DNA of 64,000 bases from Antedon mediterranea (lineage: Eukaryota > Animalia > Echinodermata): positions 7,750,001 through 7,814,000 of the forward strand of contig NC_092673.1 in assembly GCF_964355755.1 (NCBI RefSeq), in the 5' to 3' direction. Both the position numbers and the translations under genes were made by a program. How positions within the stretch are numbered: the first letter of the stretch is position 1; every line of letters begins with the position of its first letter. The notes under the pieces are model-generated. The model worked only from the letters and a program-made list of their open reading frames with translations, was not told the origin of the DNA and made no database searches. Shown piece by piece: positions 39,521-53,481 of this stretch.

Positions 39521-42500
39521 TAAAATACAAAGAAATTTTGATTTTAAAAGATTACACACTGCATATCAACAAACAAGTGTAAAATGTATTAGTATTATAT
39601 AATTTGAATTAAAAAATTAATTTAAAAAAAAAGTACATAAAAATTTTAAGATATTATATGTGAAGTTTATCATTTCTGTGTTTAAATTTTAATTAATAAA
39701 AATATCAATAAAATGATTTATAATGATTACCAAAGTTAATAATCATGACTTATTTAATTAAAATTATTATGTTTCTTCATAAATCATCAAATTTACATTA
39801 ACAAAGTTTATATAAAAGTTAATGGATTAAAAAAAAGATTTCAAATTAGAAGTTTACATGAATAAACTTGATGTCAGTATTTGTGGTGGTATAGTCGGCG
39901 CCATGACAGTGAGTGACAGCCAAGACCTTTTAAGCGCAGTCATTGTACAGTTAAAAACCTCGTTCATTTTGATTTAAGGGTAGGGGGAAATTAGTCTTAT
40001 GTTAAAATAATGAGCATGTTCAAAATGTTTATCATGAAACTTAAACCTTGTGGTTTACAGTCATGTCATTTATATTGATGATGATCAACATTTTAATTCA
40101 ATAATTGAATAATTAATTAGTCTAATTTTAAAATTTGCTAAACTTCCTATTAAAGAGATAGTACATTATATCATTGGGGGTTGGAGGAAGATATGCATAT
40201 GTCTATTAACATCAGTATAATGAATGTTTATTAGTAAATGGTACAAATAATTTCATGGGGTGAAAGATTATTTTCACAAAGTGAGGCAGAGTAAAAATTG
40301 TTTTTCATTGTCACCGAATTAAATACTTGTTCCATTGCACGAATACAAAACATTCATTATTTTAACACATCTACTGTACTTTAGAGAGAAGCTAGGCCAC
40401 CAAGGCTAAACCACTCCAAAAGGCAGCACTCAAATGTTGGATGCGGAGTAGAATAGCGCACACTACAGGTTGAAAATGATTAGTGAATTATAACAGCCTA
40501 GTCTGTGCGTGTTGTTGCTTGTACTGTATAACAAAAATGAACACGCAAAACAAAATTGCAATACTCTCATATTATCATCTTCGCACTCTTGATGACATAA
40601 TTAAGAGTGCAATAGAGAATTTATCATGTGACCCACAAAAGGTAAAACAACACTAATAAATAATATACAATAGATGGAACTCTCCTTTGGACTTTTCAAG
40701 CGACACTTTCTCATGAAATGATCAAGAGTCAATCTATGTTTTAACACTACAAACAATTACCTGTAACAATTTATATAAGAGTTAGGCCAACAAAATGTCC
40801 ACCTAATATAGATACTCTACTGCATTGCAATATATAAAATTTTAAAAAAGTTAAAAAATAGAAAATGTTCAAAGACAATGTACAATTATAACTATATATA
40901 ACGTGTGTAATAAATTTAATAAATCATTAAATTTGTTTACACATTGTAAGATTTTTTTTGTCAATTTGAAACAGTAGTACACAAGTAATTGGATAAGGCA
41001 AATTGTAGCAAACCTGGATAGAGCATAATAGAATAATTGAATAACTAATTAGCTTGATTGATGTGGTTTGTAAATATTTACATTGATAGGCTAAACAAGT
41101 ATACAACAATTTCCTGCTAATTTGATCATCCTCAATTAATTAATTAATCAATTTGTTAATTAACCCATTTCACAATTATTAGCCTTTTCAAATTGTAAAT
41201 TTTACAATGAAGCATAATCTTATCTAATTGTTTAAAAATGTAACTTTCATTTAATGTGGGCCCTAAAGCAAAATGTTTATGATATATTTTATTTATTTAT
41301 TTATTTTGATTAAGAAAATGTGTCAATTGACTGGGGAGAATAAAAAAAATAAATGGTTTTATTTGAAAACTACATTTGAATTATAAATTTTAATGTGAAA
41401 ATAAATTTCAGATGCCAATTTATTTACAAAACGGTTGAATGACAATTTAATAATCTTGAATTTATTTATTTTAGGAACCAGTACTCAATAAATCATGCCA
41501 CACAGCTAGCCTGGTAATAAAACAAATAATTGAACATGCCATTAAAATAACATACTGTATAGAAAGTTTACAGTAACTAAAAACAACACAATCTGTGTCA
41601 CAAACATTCTATTTGACCTAATTCTTCTTAAGAAAAAATCTTTCAAGTTTCATTTTGAAAAAAATAGTACTTGAATCTCTTAAAAAATAGATATTTCAAC
41701 TTGAAAAGTTGCTGTCAATCGACAATAATTTATTTAATTGGCGTCTACATCAATTTATATCTTGGTTTCCATTAATTTTTTTTTCATTTATCAATGCCCC
41801 CATACTTCTTATATAGATGTAATACTAACATCATCTATTTATAAATTTACGTAAGCAGAAATGTTGGTAAATCGCACCCAACTTTTTACTAATTACATTT
41901 CGTTTCGACGATTAAAGCAAATTTAGGTTAAACAATTGTTCCTGAATAGGGGTGTTTCCGAATGTGGTACACACCGTCTGTGGTTGTTGATGCTGAAACA
42001 TACCCACACACAATAATACGAGGATGCTTTAATACAATAATTGTTGTTAATCACTGAATACGGTACACATCTCATTACTTAAATTTTTGTTTATATTTTT
42101 TGTTATATTAATCCAAATCTGTGTTATTTTTAATGAATACAAGAACTTAATGACAAATACGAAACTAAAATTTAAAAAAAATGTGAAATCTTGCAAAAAA
42201 TCAAATAATTAACGGTTGATTTTTAAAAGAGAAAGGTACAATATTTATTGACAAAAGGAAATGTACGGTATGTGACTTAACTGAGATAATGTGTATGTTT
42301 AGCCTAAGCATCCCAGCTTTCAGATGTTTTGATGTGAAAAATATTACTAATGCTTTGTACGGGTTTAAGCTTAAATGTCAAGTATGGAATTTAAAGACTG
42401 GAAACACAGTTTGAATTTTACCTTAAAATCACTTAAAGTGCTTTGTAAGTGAACTTTAGTCAATGTACATCATTTCAATGAGAAATTGGGACAATCATTC

Positions 42501-42679
42501 AATTTAATTACCTTGCTTTGAAAAGGCGTGTTTTTCACATATTGAAGTTTTCTCGTTTAAAGTGTACCACAGACGTAAAGTTCATCAGGATTTTCCCTTT
42601 CTGATTAAAGTTCTAGATTTTTAACTAGTTCATTTAATTTGATTTTTTTTCACACTATTTGTAGTTTACACTGAAGAGA

Positions 42680-43345
42680 CGGAATGAAAATACACTGAGA
42701 GAATGAAAGAATGAATGAAGAACGAAAAATGGAATAATCAATTAATAAATGAACGAATGAAAGAAAAATAATTGATAGAAAAAAGATTAACTACAAGAAT
42801 GAGGAATGAATGGATGAATGAACAAATGGATGAAAGAGTGTAGTAATAAATAAACAAATGAATGAATGAACTATATGAATGAATAACTAAACAATGAATG
42901 AACTAACAAATGCATAACAAAATAAATGAAGTAACAAATGAATGAATGAATGAATGGACTGCATGAACAAATGAACTAGTGAAAGAAAAAATGAATGCAT
43001 GAAAAAATAAACTAATGAATGAATGAATAAATGAACAAATGGATGAATTAACTAATAAATGAATGATGAACTACTGAATAAAGGAATGAACTAATGAATG
43101 AATGGAATGCATGAAAAAATTAACTAATAAATGAACAAATGGATAAATTAACTAATAAATGAATGAAAACTGAACTACTGAATGAATGAACTAATGAATG
43201 AATAACTACTAAATAAATAAATATATAAATAAATAAATGGAGAAATGAACTAATATATTAATGACTGAACAATAATGAACTAATAAATGCATGAAAAAAA
43301 GAAACGAATAAATTAACAAATGAATTAGCTAGTGAATGAATTAAA
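42680..43345. repeat. Degenerate (GAAT/AAAT)n microsatellite tract
   Basis: Dense atgaatgaa, aactaat and aaataaat units with strong purine strand bias. Confidence 0.9.
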
Positions 43346-44559
43346 TTAATAGGTTTAGATAGAGAATTAAAAATATAGGGAGGGTGGGGGAGGGGCTATA
43401 AATATCTATTAAATTGTATTTTTTATCACAGAAAAAGAATTAAAGACTTATTCTAAAATTATCATATTAATTGATAAATGTTTTAACATTATAACACATT
43501 TTTTTTTCTTAAAATAATAAAATAATCTTAAACAAGAAATATATTCTCACAAATACAAATGGAAGTGAAAATTGATTTAATTCGGCATAACAGACAAACA
43601 GACTTTATAAAATTGTATTTGTTTTGATTATTGTGTTGTGCCTGAATAGTTAAAAGGTCATTCATTGATGTTTTCTATGCATTTTGGGTTTGAATTTTTC
43701 TAAAGTAGAGTACAGACCATTAGACGCCTTGTTTGAAATTAACTTGGGGGAGTATGTTATAACCTGTCGGTGAGTTTATTGCATGGGGTCACCATCACTG
43801 GCACAAGATGACAGATGGGTCTTCTGTTTGTTTAGATTTACTCTCTACAGGGATGATCTCAAAACTTGAGCAAGTGGAGGAAAATTGATGGTTTCTTAAA
43901 GTTATAATATTGAAGGAAACAATGCTAGAAAGGTAATTGGCAAGAATGTTTACAAAAGGGTCAAACATAGGTATACTTGATGAAAGATTACATTACAGTT
44001 TGTTTATATCACATTGAATTCAGTCAAATCTGTTAAAAAGATTGTCATTTCCAAGAATGACACCCATAAAGAAATGTTATACTTAATAATAAAGCCTTTA
44101 CAATTTGATTTTTAATTTAATTTGTTGAAATTTAATCGATATAAAAAAAAGCATTTTCGACATTAAAATAATGTTTAAAAAAACATGTTTTTCAATAAAG
44201 AATAAAAAAATTAATACCAAACATGTAGATAACAATTCAAATATTGTCAATATTACAACAATGTTGGCATTCTAATGTAAACAAATTCTAATGTTATAAA
44301 TAAAACTTTTTATAATATTTGGGAACATTTTTTATTTCTATAAATTAATGCTTATATTGCATAAAAGAAAGTTGATTGTATAAGATATATATATAAAATA
44401 AAAGAAACGACGATTATATTAAACAATATTAATATACTGTACATACCAAACTGGTATTAAAATAGTGATGAACATAGTTTAGGAAATACTGTATAGTAAG
44501 GATCTCAATGGGTGGATACAAAAACCTACTCTGTATTAAATGTTTCTAGGTACATTTGG

Positions 44560-45030
44560 ATTTATAAAACGATTACAACAAATATTTTAAATAATTATAA
44601 AAAACAAATTTATATCATGCAAACAATTTTGATATTATATAAAACACATTTGATATTATATAAATAATTCTATATTATATATTAAAACAATTTTTATATT
44701 ATATACAAAATATTTGATCTTAAATAAACAAATAATATATTATATAAGCAATTCTGATTTTATATAAAACAATTTTGATATTATACAAACAATTTTTATA
44801 TTATATAAAACAATTTTTTTATTATATAAAACAATTATATATTATATTTATTATTTTAACAATTTATGGTTTTTTTTCATATAAACTCTAAAATAATGTT
44901 GATATAAATTATTAACTTATTTTATTTATACAATTTTGATATATAATTAATTTTATGTTAAATAAAATAATTTTGTTATATAATAAGCATTATATATAAC
45001 AATATTGAATACTGTATATAAAACGCAATT
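44560..45030. repeat. Degenerate AT-rich tandem repeat (about 21-bp unit)
   Basis: Recurrent atattatataaaacaatttt-like units. Confidence 0.75.
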
Positions 45031-46214
45031 TAACATAGATAAACCTATATAAAGTAGTAAAATATGATAGGAACAACATAAAATAATTTGTTAAATTTAA
45101 CTGCCATACATTTTTTTATTCTTTTATAGGTAAAATCCTGGAAATTTACCAATATTTTAACAATTCTTAAACAACTAGATATACTGTACTGTACTTAGCA
45201 ATTAGTCATTTAAAGAATTGTTTTAAATATTTAAAATGTTTCTGCATTTTGTGGAGAGACCCCAAATGAATTATTAATACTTACAACACTTATCTTTTTT
45301 ATTTTACATCTTGAAAGAAAAACAGACAGTGAAGTCACTGATTTACGATATAAATCAATTGGGATTTGTACCTAGTGATGGTAAACATTACTTCAAGTTA
45401 TAACAATAGTAATAAAACTGTTGTAAGATAGAAAGACCTGGGTCTATAGAATTTATGACAGGGTAGGGAGGAATAAAATGCACCACTGCATGACTGATGG
45501 ATACCAATATGCCACTTGTTATATTAATTTATTTATTAAGTATTTTTATGGTGCTTCCCATAAACTTTAGGTGTAAATGACATAGACATTAAACAGTTAG
45601 CCTCTTGAGAATCCAGACATCATATGGCTATATGTAGTATCTGTTTATTAATAGAAGAGCAATCAATGTTTTTTTCTCTTCGGCTCGTTCCTATTGCGTA
45701 AGGCCAAAAAAGGCCATAAAAATAAGTATAAAATACACAACATACTTTTTAACATAATATGTTGTAAGCTTGAACCAGGCCATGTAGGCAAAAGTGCTCA
45801 ATGCAAAGCAGAGCAGAATAGAAAGACTCTAGTTATAACTTAAACATTTTAATGCAATCTCATAATGAGTACTCCAATCTTCAGGTGCTAGGTTTGCTTG
45901 CTATATGAAACAAAGGGTAGAAGGTGTTTATATTATTCAATAGTGCCTTTACCAAAGAGCAAAGTTCTTTATTAAAATTAATACTTTGACAGATATTCAC
46001 TCATTCCATAGATCCACGATTATTTGACTAGTGTACACAGTGGATTTATTACAAAATTGAAAAAAGCATGCTTACACTAATTCTGAATTTACTGGCTTTC
46101 ATCAACTTTGCATAAATTATAAAAGAGCTCTGCTCACTTTTAATAACAGTATAGAACCTATGGTCCATTTCCAGTATATGTTAAACATATATAGGTAGCA
46201 TCTTGTAAATTGCG

Positions 46215-46662
46215 TTTATCTGACATCTTCTTAAACAACAACGACCACGAAACCAATGGAGATGTTTCTACCGTTGCTGCTAAAATCTGGAATGGCCTAC
46301 CACAATATATGTTTTTTTTTTTTTTTTTTTTTTTATTTCATACTCATCCAACAGCGAGTAACCCGCCAATTACAGGATGGATAAACTATTTAAAATTTCA
46401 CAAGACAAACATATACACAAGATGCTCTACATAAACAAGACTTATTATTAAGTCTTTGGGAGTGGAGTTGTAAATTTTCATGAGAAAAAAACCCTGACAT
46501 ATGACAGGACTTGAACCCAGGAGCCTTAGATTGGTAGCCAAGCATCATAACCACCAAGCCACAGCTCCACTCCGCATCATAACCACCAAGCCACAGCTCC
46601 ACTCATATATACGATCCGTAGAAATTCTGGCAGCATTTAAATCGCGGCTCAAACATAACTGA
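46215..46662 (+). pseudogene. LINE ORF2 C-terminal remnant interrupted by a SINE
   Basis: Removing the SINE and one TSD restores VAAKIWNGLPQYIRSVEILAAFKSRLKHN*, the WNxLPxxIR..FKxxLK motif of L2/CR1-group LINEs. Confidence 0.75.
46312..46603 (-). mobile_element. tRNA-derived SINE, family A body, poly(A) tail, ATATAT TSD
   Basis: Reverse complement of the 21604 head and body. T-run at 46312-46334, atatat at 46305-46310 and 46605-46610, and a 30-bp head duplication. Confidence 0.9.
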
Positions 46663-46855
46663 TCAATTTTCTTCTTTCTACTTTTTCTGTTTTCTTTGAC
46701 TTGGGAAAGAGCCATAAGCTGGCTAATTTCACATATTGATGTAACTGAATTATGTAACTATAAAAACTACCTCAAATTATGTTTGCTTTTGTTTCAAATT
46801 GGAACACACTCTTTGTTTAGTTTGGGATTACTATATCTAGAGCAATTCTCCATAA

Positions 46856-47394
46856 AGATGTATTGTCCCTTTGACTAATTCCAAAAAAAAAAAAAATAAA
46901 AGATTTCGAAAAAACGTGGGTCATTTTGAAGTATCATAATAGTTATTAACTATCACCAAAAATTTTTAGAAAAAAAAAAAATTTAACAGACATTTTTTCG
47001 TTAAAAAAATTACTTTGACTTCCAGTCAAAGTTTTCAATCAAAACATATCCCATAATGAAACGCGCTTGTTTGGCTACTCTGTATGCATAATCATAAAAC
47101 TTCCTCATGATCTGTGTGAAAATACCTTCTTAACCGTGACGAGTTGTATACAATCCTAATTTAGCACATGCATAATGCGTACTAATGGTTTGAAATCTTT
47201 GTTTACTTTTGCTCGTGACGATTTTCCAGATGAAATGTAATCAAACTAATTTACCTGTTAATTACGTAAACTTGTTGTTTTTGGCTCGAATTTTCGACTT
47301 AAAGTGAATAACTTTAATATTACTTTGATATGGCCACTTTAAATTTAGAATATTTTGACCTTCATTTTTTTGTGTTTCAAGAGACAATACATCT
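46856..47394. mobile_element. MITE with TTAA-type TSD (Kolobok-like), copy 2
   Basis: Colinear with 5654-6201 over its whole length. Same TIR with one mismatch; flanks are ataa and ttaa. Confidence 0.9.
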
Positions 47395-47968
47395 TTAAAC
47401 TTTACTGGTGTTTTCTCATGATGTATAATTTTAGCAGGCACCCACTCTTCTATGATTTTAATACAGTACATATAATATTTACAATGGAATTTAAAGGTAG
47501 GCTGGGGAAAGTAACTAAAAGCAACTCAACTGAAAATAACAAGTTGACTAGAGCAAACAATGAAACGTTTTTTGGAGGGATGCAGGGTGGCTTGAGAAAT
47601 TTGAAAACAACAAAACTCCATTGATATACATGGTTGTAAAATCCTGTGTGAACTGTCATACAGAGTGACATTTGTTGTGTATAATATAAAGGGGAAATCT
47701 GCTGATTTTTTCTTGATTGGCCGGTGGATCATTACCGCAATTTTTACCCTCCATAACAAAATTACAATGCAATTGAGACCTAGAAAAATAAAAAAATTGT
47801 CTTACTTGACGCAACAAATAAAACCATCGTGGGGCTGAGGTGGCAGACTTTTACATTAGCTTCATTACGTTGGTCACCTGGGGGCGCTGCTTTGTCCTGG
47901 GAATTATTTTATGTTGCAAAATAAAACGACGGAACGACTTTCAACAACTGAACATAACTAAAAAGATT

Positions 47969-48412
47969 GAGTGTGCTTATGGTTGAGGTTCCCCATATCA
48001 CATGCATGATGAGTGTGCTTATCAAATGCATGATGAGTGTGCTTATGGTTGAGGTTCCCCATATCACATGCATGATGAGTGTGCTTATGGTTGAGGTTCC
48101 CCATATCACAGGCATGATGAGTGTGCTTATGGTTGAGGTTCCCCATATCACAGGCATGATGAGTGTGCTTATGGTTGAGGTTCCCCATATCACATGCATG
48201 ATGAGTGTGCTTATGGTTGAGGTTCCTCATATCACATGCATGATGAGTGTGCTTATGGTTGAGGTTCCCCATATCACCTGCATGATGAGTGTGTTTATGG
48301 TTGAGGTTCCCCATATCACATGCATGACGAGTGTGCTTATGGTTGAGGTTCCCCATATCACATGCATGATGAGTGTGCTTATGGTTGAGGTTCCCCATAT
48401 CACATGCATGAT
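47969..48412. repeat. 42-bp minisatellite (10 full units plus one 24-bp truncated unit)
   Basis: Unit gagtgtgcttatggttgaggttccccatatcacatgcatgat, no spacers. Explains the four repetitive ORFs in the track. Confidence 0.97.
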
Positions 48413-51400
48413 GAGATTCAAAGATTTCAGTTAAATTTACCAAAAGCAGTTTCGAAAAAGCATGTACTGTATGTTTTATTTTGATCTTGGAATATAAAAA
48501 ACAAACTCAATTAAAATGTTTTAGTATCAAAATATTTTGTGTGTTCAATTGTTTGGAGTACTTATGTTGCTTTAAGTTCCATGCTATAAGAAAAAAATGG
48601 TGGAGACACCAATTTATACAGTATTACCACCCCATACTATTTGCCAAATTATAGGGTAAATTAAATTTAACATTTATTCTTTCAATTGAAAAAGATAAGA
48701 AAAAAAGAAAATGAAGAATAACAATAAATAAAAACAAACAACTGAAACTTACTTTTAGTATACTAAAATGTGTAATTAAACAAAAAATATACAATAATTT
48801 TAATTTTGCTAAACATCATGATACATAATATTTATAGAAATGTTTTGTACTTTATAAAGTACAGTACACATACATTAAAATACATTCAACTTCAGTTGTA
48901 AATATTTATCACCATTTAAATTTAGAACTCATCCCAGACATGGTTGGTTGAGTGATATCTATGTATGTATAATTCCAATTCATGTAAAGACATAAAAAAG
49001 CAAAGTTATAAAGTAGAAGTTGAAGAGAGGAACAGGGCAACCACAGAACAAGCAAAAAAACTTTTTAAATAGTGCAGGTGCACTAGAAACAAAGAGATAA
49101 TAAAATATGAAACTGTGTAATACCGTATATAAGATTTGAACATCTAAAAATAAAACAAAAACTGAAAAAATTAAATAAAAAATAAACATTATCAAGCTGT
49201 TTACAAATTAAATTACATTTGGATAAATTGATGGTTCACGCAAAAGAGCAATGATAGTATACTAATATCATTTATCTATATGAGTAGTTTGACCAACAGG
49301 AACAGGATGCTGAGCTCCGGAGATCAAAGTGTTTATCTGAGGCTCTGATACAAACTCCTGTAAATTGTACAGTGTTGTTGGAGCCAGACATCAAGATCAA
49401 AGGACGGTCCTATCTTGGCAAGTTCAGTGTCCTGTTGTTAGATTGTCTTGGTTTAACACTCCACAGTTACAGAACGTACCATAGATGACCCTGCTCTGGT
49501 GTGGCTGTATCCCAGATGGACTCTCTGGTTATAAATGGCCCCCGAAATGGCCCTTCTTCAAGTAAAATATGCAGGTATAGACAGACCTCTCGACCTCAAG
49601 TATGTACATAGATGCATCCTCATATAGAGATTAATTTATTCATAATAAATCAAACTTTTATAAAAATGAGAATTAAATATTTTTTATTGAAATTGCATGA
49701 ATGAATTGTCTATAAGGCTATTTATTTTTATGTTTTAAATTAAAGATTACATTATTACACTGTTTATCAAATGATGATGTGTGCTTGGACAACATAGCAT
49801 TAATTTTACGAGTTTTTACTCACTTTAACTCAACTTTCTTTAACAAATTAATATCTAAATCTATTACAGCATTGTATGTGGACACACACCAAAGTCATGT
49901 ATCTGTGAACATAACAATTTTTTAAACATCATTTGAATATAGAAGATCAATTGCCAGAAACACAATGAGAAAAATGTGTTTGTGAATCAACAGATATAGA
50001 GTGAATAAGCTGTGAGGCGGTTAGGCTGTGAGTAAGCGGAAGATCTTGCCTAAAATTAAACACAGATGATAATAGGCCTACAAACATAAAACAACATACA
50101 TAACTTTATACAAACTTTTTGAAGGGTTTCATTTTGATTTTTTTCTTCTTTATACTGGGAGATTTCATCAGTACAAGCCTTTTTTCCGAGAGAGGAAGTG
50201 TACAAGACAATGAACAGCATACTGCGATCCCCTATTCTTTTTGAATAATTATGGTACCAAGTTCTTTACCATGTACAATAAATGTACACAGCTTTGTCCT
50301 ATCTGAAGAAGCAATGACAGTAGAGGAGTATTGCCTAAGATTACAACAATATGTTACGGCATGCATTGAACCCAAGCCTTACACAAGCTAGTCTGATAAC
50401 GATACCACAATACCGCTATCTTTGGCGATTAAATTGAAGAATATATTGAGTGCTTTTTTTCAAACATGCCCTTATATTTGTATAAGTTATTTATTGCAAA
50501 GATGTACATAGATATAAAAACACTTCACAGACAAAGATACTTGGCAAAATGCATCAGAACACATTCCTTGTAAAGATATAATATTATTATTGATAAGTCT
50601 TCTGATTCTTGTGAGAATGTCAAAACCCTAAAATCATGTGATTTTGAGACAAAATACAGTACACTACAGTGGTAATATTTGAAGATGTTTCATCACCCAA
50701 AAACATGAAAAATGAAGATAAATAAAAAAAAAATTACTGTATTTACAAAGGATATACTGTAGTACATACATACAAACATACTAAAGATGCTCTATTCCCT
50801 AATAAGATCCTTTAAGGCATCATGAACTAAAATTAAATTATCAATAATTAAATTATGACCTTATTATACAGGATAAGGCCCTGTTAAATATATTCATGTT
50901 GTGGTCCACAAAACTGATTCAATAAAAGTTAAAAACTAACTAGAATCACCCATACATTTTTAATAGGTAAATTGTTTTAATATTTATATTTCATTTCATG
51001 TTTTTATATAATTTGATTTTATACAGTTCAGCATAGCAGCAATGGTTTCTGAAACGTTTTACTTACATTGTTGTCTGAATGCATCCCATGGTCATCAAGT
51101 AGCCATCTTTAGATGTGTTTGTTTACATTATCTCCAAATTTTTTACAATTTTTAAAGAATTGATGTCAACGTTTGCCCTCCGAGTTGTTCCAACTTTCTA
51201 CAACCTTGTTCGGTGACTGTACGAGTCAGGGTTATCATATTTTTATCAATTAGTGATGTATAGCGATAAATGTCAACGTATTGTGTCTGACATTTAATTT
51301 TTAATAATTGGTGCTATGTTTTGGCACAACTTGGAAGAGTCGTAACAACTACTTTTAAGAAGTAGTATGTTTAAGTATATCTTTATAAAGTAGGCTTTTT

Positions 51401-52404
51401 TAGATTATGTATTTTTCAGCTTTTAATATACTGTAAGTCCATTAGCAGAAAAACAAAGTGCACATTTAAAAAAGGAATTAATTGGCAGTATTGTGCCTAA
51501 ATAAATCAAATAAATAAATAAAACTGTACAAACAATATATACAGATTCAAAGCCACTTTTTTTATATTTTTGATAATGGAGAGTATTGTTTAATTTAAGT
51601 GACACCACAAAAAGCAAGATTAAAATGTAAATATGGATTTTGTCTTTTTACAAAGGAATAACAATATTGTATTTAGTTAATAAATTAAGAATAATACTTT
51701 AATCTTTTACCCATCTAAATAACATCTCGGTCCACATTTTCACTCACTACAGATGGGATGAAGATTGCGGTCAGAAGTGGGGAGACTGCAAGATGTCACT
51801 TGACATGATACTGCTTGTGTATTGGGTGTGGAATGGGTATCAAGAAAAATAAACATACAGACATTTTGGCTTGATAACAAAAACCATTTAATATTGAGTA
51901 TTTCTGCTACAAATATTATTTGTCAATCAACAAAATTGTTCTTCGTCAAAATGTCTCCTTTTCTGATGAGGTCTAAGTATTTAAAAAATACCTCTTATAG
52001 CAATATCTAGTTTGTTAAATTTCATCATTTTTTCATTACAAGAAATCTCAGATTTATTTCTGTATTTTTGTATTAGTGAAATAAATTACAATTTATAATT
52101 GACTAGTATATATTTATTCACATTCTCAATTGAACTGTTTCGTTGTATCGACTCAAGTTTCGTTTTCAGTTTAAAAAATATTAAACTCATTGACTTTCAT
52201 CAGTATAAGTCATAATGTACTCTTCCTATGTTACACAAAAACCATTTATGAATATTGAAGATAATAATAACTAAATTTAAAGATTCATTATTTGTTGATC
52301 ATATTTCATATTATATCTACGTGATATTGGGTCATGATTCTAGAGACCACAGAAGACAATGACTTGAATGCAACTATAATAGAAACCCTCTTTTGAGGTC
52401 TTAA

Positions 52405-52756
52405 AGCTGGCCCCTTGATAGAGGTTAACTGGCCCCTTGATAGAGTTTAGCTGTCCCCTTGATAGAGGTTAGCTGGCCCCTTGATAGAGGTTAGCTGGCG
52501 CCTTGATAGAGGTTAGCTGGCCCCTTGATAGAGGTTAGCTGGACCCTTGATAGAGGTTAGCTGGACCCTTGATAGAGGTTAGCTGGCCCCTTGATAGAGG
52601 TTAGCTGGCCCCTTGATAGAGGTTAGCTGGCCCCTTGATAGAGGTTAGCTGGCCCCTTGATAGAGGTTAGCTGGCCCCTAGATAGAGGTTAGCTGGCCCC
52701 TTGATAGAGGTTAGCTGGCCCCTTGATAGAGGTTAGCTGGCCCCTTGATAGAGGTT
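52405..52756. repeat. 22-bp x16 minisatellite
   Basis: Unit agctggccccttgatagaggtt, head to tail, with few substitutions. Confidence 0.97.
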
Positions 52757-53481
52757 CTCTGTATTTCTAAACTGTTATTTATATTTAGTTTTCTTTTTGC
52801 CATGGCTATTTGAGTAATTAATTAAGTAATTTAAGTAAAAGTAATTTAAAAAAAATTTCAAAATTGTCAGTTTTTTCTATTGAAAAAGAACCCCCTTTTT
52901 ACTACTGTAGGTGAATAAAATCATGCATATTTATATTTTCATTTATTTTTTGTACAACCAATCAGAGCTTCGAACTGTTTGATTTGCTCACAATAAAAGC
53001 TATGTTCGGTTAAAATAAAATTACATAAACACCTGTGTGCAAATTAACGTAATTTGATTTACATCATTCACTAGGAAACAAAATATTATTTTTCATGGTA
53101 AATAATGTAATATTCACATATTTTCAGATAACTTGCACTTTTTCCATAATTCGTTGTGTACTGATAAAATGTTACACTCCAACCACTCTTCAATAATATG
53201 ACTACAATTACATTTAATGAGAATGTACTAAACATATGCCAATGCATAAATATGAAATCAAATGTTATGACATACCCTAAATATTTACAACAGCCTTTTT
53301 AGTATGTAGTCACCCATACACTTTATACTAAATTTGTCAAACCTGCTTTTGTATTTTAGCATCTACTACAAATTGGAAGGAAAGCATGTTTTCTATAAGA
53401 TCAAATTTGATCCATTTGATTTCCACATGTGTAAAATAATGTTGTACAGTACATATAATTTTATTATAAAATGTGTTACAT

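Noticed and set aside
47969-48412. CRISPR array
   Set aside because: Units are head to tail with no unique spacers, there are no cas genes, and the context is eukaryotic.
52405-52756. CRISPR array or iterons
   Set aside because: Pure 22-bp tandem repeat without spacers.
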